Made by a program: the position numbers and the translations under genes
Assembly (NCBI GenBank): GCA_964386665.1
Contig: CAYLQP010000001.1
Span: forward strand, 48,111 to 112,110
DNA length: 64,000 nt
From: an uncultured Candidatus Saccharibacteria bacterium
Lineage (GTDB): Bacteria > Patescibacteriota > Minisyncoccia > Phycocordibacterales > CAIRYW01
Direction of reading: 5' to 3'
Notes under the pieces: generated by a model
The model's database searches: none
What the model saw: only the letters and a program-made list of their open reading frames with translations
Told to the model about the DNA's origin: nothing
In this document: piece after piece, positions 12,433-20,921 of the stretch
Layout: each line of letters opens with the position of its first letter
Position numbering within the stretch: the first letter of the stretch is position 1

Positions 12433-13725
12433 ATGAAAAACAAAAAAACTAAAGTTCAAAAGAAACCAAAAGCCAAAGTAACTTCAAAACCAAAAATCAA
12501 ACCAAAAAAAGTTGCGTCAAAACCAAAGAAAGTTGTTACGAAGGCAAAAAAAGTTGCGTCAAAACCAAAGAAGGTGGTCTCAAAACCAAAAAAAGAAGTA
12601 AAGTTAAAAACCAAAAAGACTGTCGTTTCATCTCCAAAAAATACAAAAAAATCTTCTGATCTCTTGGCGGGAGCAGAACGGATTTTGCTTAAAGGAAAAG
12701 ATAGGGGGTTTGTGACATATGACGAGATTCTTAAAGAATTCCCACATATCGAAGATGATGTGATGTTTCTGGATGAATTATACGAAAAACTCCAAAGTGC
12801 CGGAGTAGATATCCTTGAAGGAGGAGGACTTCTTGAAGTACATACAGATGAAGATGATTTTCTAAAAAAATATGGATACGGAGGAAAAAGTGAAAACTAC
12901 GACTCAATCCAAATGTATCTGAAAGAAATCGGTCAGTACCCACTCATTCATGCATCGGCTGAAAAGGACTTGGCACGTCGAATTGGTGCAGGAGACGAAG
13001 AAGCAAAAAACTTGCTTGCAAAAGCAAACCTTCGACTTGTGGTTTCGATTGCAAAGAAATATGTAGGACGATCTCCTGATCTCACACTTCTTGACCTTAT
13101 TCAAGAAGGAAACCTTGGGCTCTTTAAGGCGGTAGATAAATTTGACTGGTCAAAAGGATTTAAGTTTTCAACATATGCGACGTGGTGGATTAGACAATCA
13201 ATCACACGTGCACTTGCAGACCAATCACGAACAATTCGAGTTCCTGTGCATATGGTTGAAACAATTGCAAAATACAAACAAGTCGTACGACGACTCTCTC
13301 AAGATCTCGGACGTGATCCACTTCCAGATGAGATTGCGGTTGAAATGGGACTTGATGTTGATAAGGTGTACCAAATCGAAAAGATTGATCAAACTACCGT
13401 ATCTCTTGATACGCCTGTTGGAGATGAAGGAGACAAGGAATCAACATATGGAGACTTTATTGCAGATGATAAGATTCCATCTCCAGATCAAGATTCTGCA
13501 CATCGGATTTTGGGAGACCAAGTGCGTGAAATCCTTGATGATCTATCTGAGAAGGAGCGAAGAATCCTTGAAATGCGTCACGGACTTGTTGATGGGATCC
13601 AACATACACTTGAAGAAGTAGGAAAGATGTTTAATGTGACTCGAGAACGAATTCGACAAATCGAAGCAAAAGCACTTGAAAAGATTCGAACTCACGAAAA
13701 AGTAGGAAGATTAAAAAATTATTAA
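12433..13725 (+). CDS. rpoD: RNA polymerase sigma-70 (primary sigma factor) with a Lys-rich KPKK-repeat N-terminal extension
   Basis: Regions 1.2, 2, 3 and 4 are recognisable ([23 protein letters not shown], and the region-4 [23 protein letters not shown]). The first ~65 aa are [11 protein letters not shown] repeats. Starts 11 bp after dnaG. Confidence 0.9.
   Translation: MKNKKTKVQKKPKAKVTSKPKIKPKKVASKPKKVVTKAKKVASKPKKVVSKPKKEVKLKTKKTVVSSPKNTKKSSDLLAGAERILLKGKDRGFVTYDEILKEFPHIEDDVMFLDELYEKLQSAGVDILEGGGLLEVHTDEDDFLKKYGYGGKSENYDSIQMYLKEIGQYPLIHASAEKDLARRIGAGDEEAKNLLAKANLRLVVSIAKKYVGRSPDLTLLDLIQEGNLGLFKAVDKFDWSKGFKFSTYATWWIRQSITRALADQSRTIRVPVHMVETIAKYKQVVRRLSQDLGRDPLPDEIAVEMGLDVDKVYQIEKIDQTTVSLDTPVGDEGDKESTYGDFIADDKIPSPDQDSAHRILGDQVREILDDLSEKERRILEMRHGLVDGIQHTLEEVGKMFNVTRERIRQIEAKALEKIRTHEKVGRLKNY
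12460..12625 (+). repeat. tandem coding repeats encoding (V/A)SKPKK(V) units
   Basis: A near-identical ~27-nt unit (gttgcgtcaaaaccaaagaa...) is iterated about five times at the 5' end of rpoD. Confidence 0.6.
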
Positions 13726-13731
13726 AACAAA

Positions 13732-13764
13732 AGCCCGTTCGCCTCTGGTGGACGGGCTTTTGCA
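13732..13764 (+). terminator. intrinsic terminator after rpoD
   Basis: agcccgt...acgggct hairpin followed by TTTTGCAATT. Confidence 0.5.
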
Positions 13765-13794
13765 ATTAGCAAATTTTAGGTGTAAATTTAGTGT

Positions 13795-14739
13795 ATGAAA
13801 CACATAAAACTGTTTAAAGATTTGACCAAAAACGATGCTCATATTGCAGGTGGGAAAGGGGCTAGTCTTGGTGAGATGACAAATGCGGGTATCCCGGTCC
13901 CAGGAGGGTTTGTGATCACAAGTGAATCTTTTGAATTTTTCTTATCCCAAAATGATTTAACTCAAGAAATTGAAGCGATTCTAAAGAAAGTGAATCATAA
14001 AGAAATGGAATCAGTAGAAAGAGCAAGTGAGAATATAAAAGAACTTATTTTAAAAGCGACACTGCCAAAAGAAATGCAAAAAGAGATAAAAACAAACTTT
14101 GCAAAACTTAAGGCAAAATTTGTGGCAGTGAGAAGTTCTGCAACTGCTGAGGATGGGGTAGAGCATGCGTGGGCAGGACAACTCGATAGTTTTTTAAATA
14201 CTACTACGAAGAATTTGGAAGAAAATGTGAAGCGATGTTTTGCGTCACTCTTTACTCCGCGAGCAATCTTTTATCGATTTGAAAAAGGTCTAAATAAAAG
14301 TCATATATCAGTTGCGGTTGTTGTTCAAAAGATGATCCAAAGTGAAAAGTCTGGAATTGCTTTTTCGGTGCATCCTGTGACAGAAGATAGAAATCAAATG
14401 ATTATAGAAGGTTCGTGGGGACTTGGTGAGGCGATTGTTTCTGGGCAGATTACACCAGATTCGTATGTGATCGAGAAAGATACAAATACAATTATTGATA
14501 CAAATGTCGCCGAAAAGGCCAGAGGCCTTTTCGGCGACAACAAAGGCAAAAATGTGTGGAAAAACATTCCAAACAAAAAGGCAAACGAACAATGTCTCTC
14601 TGGAAAAGAAGTGATTGCTCTAGGAGAAATCATAAAACGAATAGAAAAGCATTACGGATTTCCTTGTGATATCGAATGGGCGTATGAAAAGAAAAAGTTT
14701 TTTATTGTACAAAGTAGACCTATTACTACGCTAAAATGA
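13795..14739 (+). CDS. PEP synthase / pyruvate-phosphate dikinase-family ATP-binding (PPDK_N, ATP-grasp-like) domain protein, stand-alone
   Basis: 314 aa. Matches PPDK_N blocks: GGKGASLGEM..GIPVPGGFVIT, AVRSSATAEDG..AGQLDSFLN, SGIAFSVHPVT, IEGSWGLGEAIVSGQITPD, and the IEWAY..FIVQSRPIT C-terminus. It ends right after this domain and carries no His-swivel or PEP-binding domain. Confidence 0.75.
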   Translation: MKHIKLFKDLTKNDAHIAGGKGASLGEMTNAGIPVPGGFVITSESFEFFLSQNDLTQEIEAILKKVNHKEMESVERASENIKELILKATLPKEMQKEIKTNFAKLKAKFVAVRSSATAEDGVEHAWAGQLDSFLNTTTKNLEENVKRCFASLFTPRAIFYRFEKGLNKSHISVAVVVQKMIQSEKSGIAFSVHPVTEDRNQMIIEGSWGLGEAIVSGQITPDSYVIEKDTNTIIDTNVAEKARGLFGDNKGKNVWKNIPNKKANEQCLSGKEVIALGEIIKRIEKHYGFPCDIEWAYEKKKFFIVQSRPITTLK

Positions 14740-14757
14740 ATATCAAATTAAAATTAT

Positions 14758-15537
14758 ATGCAAGAATTTAATTTTATAAGACATGCTGAAAAAATGAATG
14801 AAGGTGAGGAAAGGTGTGCACTGAATGAATCTGGATTAACTTTATCACAACAGGAAAAATGGACGAACGCTGTAGACAGATTGAATCTCGAAGATCCACA
14901 AATTAGATTCGAAGCTTTACCTAAGATTGAGGAATTGGCAAAGATTATATGTGAAAAATTACCAGACAGAGCTCTTCTTATTTTTAATTCAACAGACACA
15001 CCTCGCACTAAATTGACTGCTGATTTTTTATCTACTTCTGTTATTGAAGATGCAAAAAAACAAGGTAAAGATATAAGAGTTGCTTTTATATGGGAACCAA
15101 AAGATAAAGCTAAAGAAGACGGTTCTCTAATGAGGGTTTCAGAGAGTGTTGGAACACCAACGATGTTAAGACTTATGCAAGAGGTGGAAGAAAGTAATGA
15201 TGATAGTTTAGAAAGATATCTAACTTCAGGTAAAGGAGGATTTGCGCACCCAAAAGAGGATGAGTTGGTTATGAAAGCTGTTAACAGTGATCTTGCTAGA
15301 GGAGAGAATTCTCTTTTCAGAAAAAGGGCTCAAGTATTAAGAGTACAGGCGGATCGTATAAAAGAGAAATTTACTGAAAAAGATTTACCACTATATTTTT
15401 TTGGCATTGGTCATCATGGAAGTCTTGTAGCACTTGATGTTGCTTTTAATGAACGTACGCATTATGATTCAGTAGATCAAATACCACAGCCACTAAGTGT
15501 ATGGAGTGCTAATTTAAATACAGAAAATGAAAGCTAA
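14758..15537 (+). CDS. histidine-phosphatase-superfamily-like protein (noncanonical RHAEK signature)
   Basis: 259 aa. Has FNFIRHAEK near the N-terminus, an LT..Q.EKW element, and a C-terminal GIGHHGSLVALD block that resembles the second catalytic His region of PGM/SixA-type enzymes. The assignment is tentative. Confidence 0.4.
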   Translation: MQEFNFIRHAEKMNEGEERCALNESGLTLSQQEKWTNAVDRLNLEDPQIRFEALPKIEELAKIICEKLPDRALLIFNSTDTPRTKLTADFLSTSVIEDAKKQGKDIRVAFIWEPKDKAKEDGSLMRVSESVGTPTMLRLMQEVEESNDDSLERYLTSGKGGFAHPKEDELVMKAVNSDLARGENSLFRKRAQVLRVQADRIKEKFTEKDLPLYFFGIGHHGSLVALDVAFNERTHYDSVDQIPQPLSVWSANLNTENES

Positions 15538-16555
15538 ATTAATAAAAACTTTTACTCGAGAATTTCCTCTTATACATGTTCAAATATGGGGAAGGAGATA
15601 TGCAACAGAATTTCTTGGTGAAAAGTTACCTAATGTTCCGATCCATGTCTTTTTTTTGAAAGATGGGCTGGTTACCGGTTACAAAAACACTCCAAGTCAG
15701 TCTGAGGTTATTAACCCAATTATTCGAAGTAAATTGGATAATGATCCAGATTTTATTAAAAAATATGTAAGTAATAAATCTGATCTTCTAGAAAAACTAT
15801 TTAAAATAAACGAAAACAGTAACTTGTCGCTCGAAAATTTTAAAAAGTATCTTTTAGATCTTTTTGAATATTGGCATATTCATTACATTGCTCAATTTTT
15901 ACCTCTTGATGAAAATAGGTTTACAAAAGAAGAGCGTGACTATGCAATGGATCTAAGAAAAAAAATAGAAAAAGCAATTCATAATTCTTGGAATTCTTTA
16001 GTGCCTATTCTCAAAAAACTTTTTCCTGATTTAGGTGAACTAGTAACATACATTGAATTGGATGAGTTGCTGAAATCAAAAATACCAGATAAATCAGAAC
16101 TTGAAAAAAGAGCAAAAGACGGCGTGTTTGTTTATAATGGTGATGTTGTCAATAAAGAACAGTTAAGTGAATTAGAAGAAAAAAATAATTTTGAAGTTGA
16201 GTGGAATAATATGGTTGATGAAGCAAAAGAAATAACAGGACAGATTGTGTACCCTGGAAAAGTAACTGGCAACGTTAGAGTTATCTTAAAAAAAGATGAT
16301 GTGGTTAACTTTAAAGACGGAGAGGTCCTTGTTTCTTATATGACGATGCCTGCTTTTATCTTTGCTATACAAAAAGCTTCCGCTTTCGTGACCGACGAGG
16401 GAGGAATCACCTGTCACGCCGCCATCGTCGCCCGCGAACTCAAAAAACCCTGTATCATCGGCACCAAAATCGCAACAAAAGTGTTGAAGGATGGAGATTT
16501 GGTGGAGGTGGATGCGGAGAAGGGGGTAGTTAAGATACTTAAAAGAGTAAATTAA
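15527..16555 (+). CDS. PEP-utilizing-enzyme mobile (phosphohistidine swivel) domain protein with a ~250-aa N-terminal domain of unknown function
   Basis: The C-terminal 80 aa match the PEP-utilizers domain (GEVLVSYMTMPAFIFAIQKASAFVTDEGGITCHAAIVARELKKPCIIGTKIA...DGDLVEVDAEKGVV). Overlaps the previous gene by 11 nt, suggesting translational coupling. Confidence 0.7.
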   Translation: MKAKLIKTFTREFPLIHVQIWGRRYATEFLGEKLPNVPIHVFFLKDGLVTGYKNTPSQSEVINPIIRSKLDNDPDFIKKYVSNKSDLLEKLFKINENSNLSLENFKKYLLDLFEYWHIHYIAQFLPLDENRFTKEERDYAMDLRKKIEKAIHNSWNSLVPILKKLFPDLGELVTYIELDELLKSKIPDKSELEKRAKDGVFVYNGDVVNKEQLSELEEKNNFEVEWNNMVDEAKEITGQIVYPGKVTGNVRVILKKDDVVNFKDGEVLVSYMTMPAFIFAIQKASAFVTDEGGITCHAAIVARELKKPCIIGTKIATKVLKDGDLVEVDAEKGVVKILKRVN

Positions 16556-16572
16556 TATATAAAATCAAAACA

Positions 16573-17325
16573 ATGAATCCAGAAGCATTACCGAGTGAAG
16601 AAGAACAATTTAGAACCAGAGTAGTGTTAGATTTCTTTAGGCATGATGAAAAAGATTTAAACAACACAGAACCTAAAAAAACAGATGAGGAAGTGGAGCT
16701 GACTCCTAAAGGAAGACATGATGCAAGAGTGCATGGAAAACTAGCTGATATTAAGTTTGCCATAGCAACCGCAACAGATAGGGTTCGAGCACAACAGACG
16801 GCAGGATATCATATGGCGGGTATGGTTGATGGGGTAACAGGAGATGAAACATCAGAAGAATTAGAACAAAAAATAAATAAAGGGACTAAGTATGGCAGTA
16901 AAACAAGGATTGATGGTAGATTAAATACATATTCAAATCAAATATCAAATATTGCAACAATTGTTTTAAAGTATATAGAAGTTGCAAAAAACTTTGATAG
17001 ATTATATGAATCTACAGAGGTTTCTAAGAGAGAAACTAATGAACTACAGAGATTTTTTGGATCACACCAAGGGGTAACTGAGCCTTTTCTTGCCAAACTT
17101 ATAGAGATGAGGAGAGGTGTTGAAGAAAAAGATAAGTTTTTAAGTATGTTGAATAAGGGTGGTTTTGATTTTTCGGAAGGGTTTAAAATAATGATACTAA
17201 ACACAGACAATGAATCTGAACCAAAAATTCAGATAAGCTACAAAAAAGAAAAGAACGGAGAAGTTTTTGAATTTGACGAGGAAATAACAGTAGATGAAAT
17301 TAAGGAGTTGTCCTTGAAAGAGTAA
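16573..17325 (+). CDS. histidine-phosphatase-superfamily-like protein, paralogous in motif layout to 14758..15537
   Basis: 250 aa. Has VVLDFFRHDEKD, then LTPKGRHDARVHGK (the LT..G..QA-like block), then a late GSHQG motif. Tentative. Confidence 0.4.
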   Translation: MNPEALPSEEEQFRTRVVLDFFRHDEKDLNNTEPKKTDEEVELTPKGRHDARVHGKLADIKFAIATATDRVRAQQTAGYHMAGMVDGVTGDETSEELEQKINKGTKYGSKTRIDGRLNTYSNQISNIATIVLKYIEVAKNFDRLYESTEVSKRETNELQRFFGSHQGVTEPFLAKLIEMRRGVEEKDKFLSMLNKGGFDFSEGFKIMILNTDNESEPKIQISYKKEKNGEVFEFDEEITVDEIKELSLKE

Positions 17326-17542
17326 AATGGATCTAAGTATATTTTTCCGAATTTAAACAAGATGTTTTTGTAAAGAAATCATCTTGTTGTTTGTTGTAAG
17401 GTTGTATTTAGGTAGTTTGTTTTACTCGACTTTAGCTTTTTGATATATCCACAGGTCGTAAAAGACCTTCTATAAAGCCAGTTTTTTGCTCTTGACTTTG
17501 AAAAAATTTACAAAAAATAAGATTTGTTTTGAAGCACTAAAA

Positions 17543-17577
17543 AAGTGTGTAAAAGAGCTATACACTTGGTTTTTTTT
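17543..17577 (+). terminator. terminator-like or attenuator hairpin in the long leader upstream of nrdB
   Basis: aagtgtgta / tatacactt stem followed by GG and an 8-T run. It lies about 220 bp after the previous gene and about 55 bp before the nrdB start. Confidence 0.4.
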
Positions 17578-17632
17578 AAAGTAAAATTATAAGTCCAAGA
17601 CAAATTATTTATTAACATAATCAAAATTCCCT

Positions 17633-18901
17633 ATGGCAATTGAACTCATCATAAAAAGAAATGGATCCGTTGTTAATTTTGATCGGTCACACATTGAGAT
17701 TGCTCTTTCAAAAGCATTCAAGGCAACCGAAGTGGATGTTACTCCCGAAAAAATAGTTGAGATTACTGATCTCGTAATTGTGAAGCTTCGAGAACGATTT
17801 GGAAATAGTGTTCCAACAGTTGAAGGAGTTCAAGATTTCGTAGAAATTGCCCTGATGGAATCAGGTTTTCATACTACCGCAAAAGCGTATATCTTGTATC
17901 GACAGGAACACGCGGAACTTCGAAAGCGAGACATATTCAAAAAGCGTTTGGCACTCAAACCTTACGAATACCCAGAGCTTCTTGAATATGTTGATGGTAT
18001 CAGACATTCATATTGGCTTCACACTGAGTTTAACTTCACTTCAGATATTCACGACTATATGGTGAACACAACATCGCTTGAAAAAAATGCACTAAAAAAC
18101 GCTATGCTTGCGATTGCTCAAGTGGAAGTGTCGGTTAAAACATTTTGGGGAGATATTTACAAAAAGATTCCTAAACCAGAAGTTGGTGCGGTAGGGGCAA
18201 CCTTTTCAGAAAGTGAAGTGCGCCATCAAGATGCGTATGCACACCTTATCGAAATCCTCGGGCTCAATCACGAGTTTGAAAGGATTAAAGAAATTCCAGC
18301 AATCATAAGTCGGATTAACTACATCGACAAAGCAATTGCAAACGCTCACTCAGATCACCACAAGGAATACTCAAAAACACTTCTTTTGTTCTCTCTTTTT
18401 ATTGAACACGTTTCGCTCTTTTCTCAGTTTCTTATTATTATGTCTTTCAATAAACACAAGGGGCTCTTTCGAGGGGTATCAAACGTTATTGAGGCAACGT
18501 CAAAAGAAGAACAGATTCACGGACTTTTTGGAATCGATCTTCTTAGAATCATCAAATCAGAATACCCACAATGGTTTACGGAGGAGTATAATGAAACAGT
18601 GCTTGAACTTTGTCGTGAAGCATACGAAGCCGAAAAAGAGATTGTTGATTGGATATTTGAAAAAGGGGAGCTTGATTTCTTACCAAAACAAACTGTGCTC
18701 GAGTTTATAAAGAATCGTTTCAATAATTCTCTGCAATCACTTGATTTACCAAAAATCTTTGAAATAAACCAAGAAATACTTGAACAGACAGATTGGTTTG
18801 ATGACGAGATTATGACAACCAAACATCTTGATTTCTTTGTAAAGCGTTCTGTGAATTATAATAAAAGAGTAGAAAGTATCACAGGAGAAGATTTGTTTTA
18901 A
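17633..18901 (+). CDS. nrdB: class I ribonucleotide reductase small (radical-generating) subunit with an N-terminal ATP-cone
   Basis: 422 aa. Residues 1-95 match the ATP-cone (IIKRNGSVVNFDRSHIEIALSKAF...AYILYRQE). The rest is the ferritin-like R2 core (EVRHQDAY, FIEHVSLFSQF). Confidence 0.85.
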   Translation: MAIELIIKRNGSVVNFDRSHIEIALSKAFKATEVDVTPEKIVEITDLVIVKLRERFGNSVPTVEGVQDFVEIALMESGFHTTAKAYILYRQEHAELRKRDIFKKRLALKPYEYPELLEYVDGIRHSYWLHTEFNFTSDIHDYMVNTTSLEKNALKNAMLAIAQVEVSVKTFWGDIYKKIPKPEVGAVGATFSESEVRHQDAYAHLIEILGLNHEFERIKEIPAIISRINYIDKAIANAHSDHHKEYSKTLLLFSLFIEHVSLFSQFLIIMSFNKHKGLFRGVSNVIEATSKEEQIHGLFGIDLLRIIKSEYPQWFTEEYNETVLELCREAYEAEKEIVDWIFEKGELDFLPKQTVLEFIKNRFNNSLQSLDLPKIFEINQEILEQTDWFDDEIMTTKHLDFFVKRSVNYNKRVESITGEDLF

Positions 18902-18928
18902 TTATTAAAAGTTTTAATTACCCAAAAA

Positions 18929-20602
18929 ATGTATTGGCTCAACGAAAATAGTAGAAAGTTTCTTGCGAAAGATTATCTGATGAATGGTCAGGCGGCAGAG
19001 GATCGAATCCGTGATATTGCAAACACTGCAGAAAAGATCCTTGGGATTCCTGGATATGCTGATAAGTTTTATGGGTATATGGAAAAAGGGTATTACTCAC
19101 TTTCAACACCGGTCTGGGTAAACTTCGGAGTAGAAAAAGGACTTCCTATTAGTTGTTTTGGTTCATACATTGGAGATACGATGGGAGATATCCTTTATAG
19201 TAATGCTGAAGTAGGAATGATGAGTAAAAAAGGAGGAGGAACATCAGGGTATTTTGGAGACTTGCGAGCACGTGGTTCATCGATTACAAACAATGGTTCA
19301 TCATCAGGACCAGTTCACTTTATGGAGTTGTTTGATGTGATGGCAAATATTGTAAGCCAAGGTTCAACTCGAAGAGGACATTTTTCACCATATCTTCCAG
19401 TTGAGCATCCCGATATCGAAGAGTTTCTTGATATTGGAACAGAAGGGAACAAGATCCAAGGTCTTACTCACGCAGTGACTGTGACAAACAAATGGCTTGA
19501 AGAAATGGTTGCAGGAGACGAAAAGAAACGTGCAATCTGGGCCAAGATTCTTAAACGACGAACAGAAATGGGGTATCCGTATATTATGTTTGCTGACAAT
19601 ATGAATAATGGAACAGTAGATGTGTATAAGGATAAGGGACATAAGATTTTGGGAAGTAATCTTTGTAGTGAAATTGCCCTTCCTTCAAGTGTGGATTGGT
19701 CATTTGTATGTTGTCTTTCTTCAATCAACCTGATGCACTTCGATGCATGGAAAGATACTGATGCGGTTGAAACGCTCGTCTACTTCCTTGATGCAGTGAT
19801 GGAAGAGTTTATTCTCAAACTTGAAGGTTACCGAGATAGTGAAAACAGAGAACGAAGAAATGAATTTATTTTCTTGGAACGAGCATACAACTTTGCAAAA
19901 CAAAACCGAGCTCTTGGACTTGGAGCACTTGGACTCCACTCACTATTCCAAAGCAAGATGTATGCGTTTGAAAGTGCGGAAGCTCAGAAACTCAATGTGG
20001 AAATCTTCAAATTCATTCACGAACGAGCTTACAAAGCATCAAAGGAACTTGCAGAAAAATTCGGCGAACCAGAAGTTCTCAAGGGATACGGCAGACGAAA
20101 TACAACACTTATGGCAGTTGCTCCAAACACTTCTTCAGCATTTATCTTGGGACAAGTATCTCAAGGGATAGAACCAATCTGGTCAAACTGTTACGTAAAA
20201 GATATCGAAAAGATGAAAGTAACTATCAAGAACCCTTTCCTTGAAAAACTTCTTGAAGAAAAAGGTCAAAACACAAAAGAAGTGTGGCAAACTATTCGAG
20301 ACAGAGATGGTTCAGTTCAACACCTCGACTTCCTGTCAACAGAAGAAAGAATTATTTTCCAAACATTTGCTGAGATCGACCAATACGCGGTGATCGACCA
20401 AGCAGCGGCACGACAAAAGTATATTGACCAAAGTCAATCACTTAACCTTATGATTAATCCGAAAACTACTTCAGCAAAAGAAATCAATGCACTCTATATG
20501 GATGCGTGGAAACAAGGGGTAAAGACGCTCTACTATCAGCACAGTATGAATGCAGCCCAAGTACTCAACCGAAAGAAGGTGTGTATTGCGTGCGAAGCGT
20601 AA
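18929..20602 (+). CDS. nrdA: class I ribonucleotide reductase catalytic subunit, short form lacking an ATP-cone
   Basis: 557 aa. Active-site NLCSEI motif and a C-terminal CIAC redox pair. No N-terminal ATP-cone. Confidence 0.9.
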   Translation: MYWLNENSRKFLAKDYLMNGQAAEDRIRDIANTAEKILGIPGYADKFYGYMEKGYYSLSTPVWVNFGVEKGLPISCFGSYIGDTMGDILYSNAEVGMMSKKGGGTSGYFGDLRARGSSITNNGSSSGPVHFMELFDVMANIVSQGSTRRGHFSPYLPVEHPDIEEFLDIGTEGNKIQGLTHAVTVTNKWLEEMVAGDEKKRAIWAKILKRRTEMGYPYIMFADNMNNGTVDVYKDKGHKILGSNLCSEIALPSSVDWSFVCCLSSINLMHFDAWKDTDAVETLVYFLDAVMEEFILKLEGYRDSENRERRNEFIFLERAYNFAKQNRALGLGALGLHSLFQSKMYAFESAEAQKLNVEIFKFIHERAYKASKELAEKFGEPEVLKGYGRRNTTLMAVAPNTSSAFILGQVSQGIEPIWSNCYVKDIEKMKVTIKNPFLEKLLEEKGQNTKEVWQTIRDRDGSVQHLDFLSTEERIIFQTFAEIDQYAVIDQAAARQKYIDQSQSLNLMINPKTTSAKEINALYMDAWKQGVKTLYYQHSMNAAQVLNRKKVCIACEA

Positions 20603-20612
20603 GTAACAAAAA

Positions 20613-20646
20613 AGCCCCTCGCGTTTGACGCGAGGGGCTTTTTTGT
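20613..20646 (+). terminator. strong intrinsic terminator after nrdA
   Basis: agcccctcgcg-tttga-cgcgaggggct (11-bp GC-rich stem) followed by TTTTTTGTTT. Confidence 0.8.
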
Positions 20647-20921
20647 TTCATTATAATTTTGCACTTTTGTTTTATAAAAAGAGGAGTAGAATTAATTTTT
20701 GGAAGATTAAACCAACTTCCTGTCACCATGCAAAGCTCTGTTCCATGCAATTGTTCTGGTCCATGCGGGGGTCAAAATGATCATAAGTTGACAGTACAGT
20801 ATGGAGGATGGCAAGTAGTTCCTCAAAAAGCAAGGCTAAGAAAAAAGCCTCCAGTTTACTGCTTTATCAAGCAAAAAGTGTAAGCGAAGCCCTCTCAGGC
20901 GACGCTTTTTTTATCTCAAAA

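Noticed and set aside
17543-17567. NrdR box upstream of nrdB
   Set aside because: The palindrome is gtgt...acac, the opposite orientation to the acaC.AtATaT.Gtgt consensus. It is followed by a T8 run, so a terminator or attenuator hairpin is the simpler reading.
20659-20883. 74-aa ORF in the nrdA-tsaC spacer
   Set aside because: It has no RBS or promoter-proximal start and spans a region with phased short repeats. It was treated as noncoding, although a Cys-rich micro-protein cannot be fully excluded.
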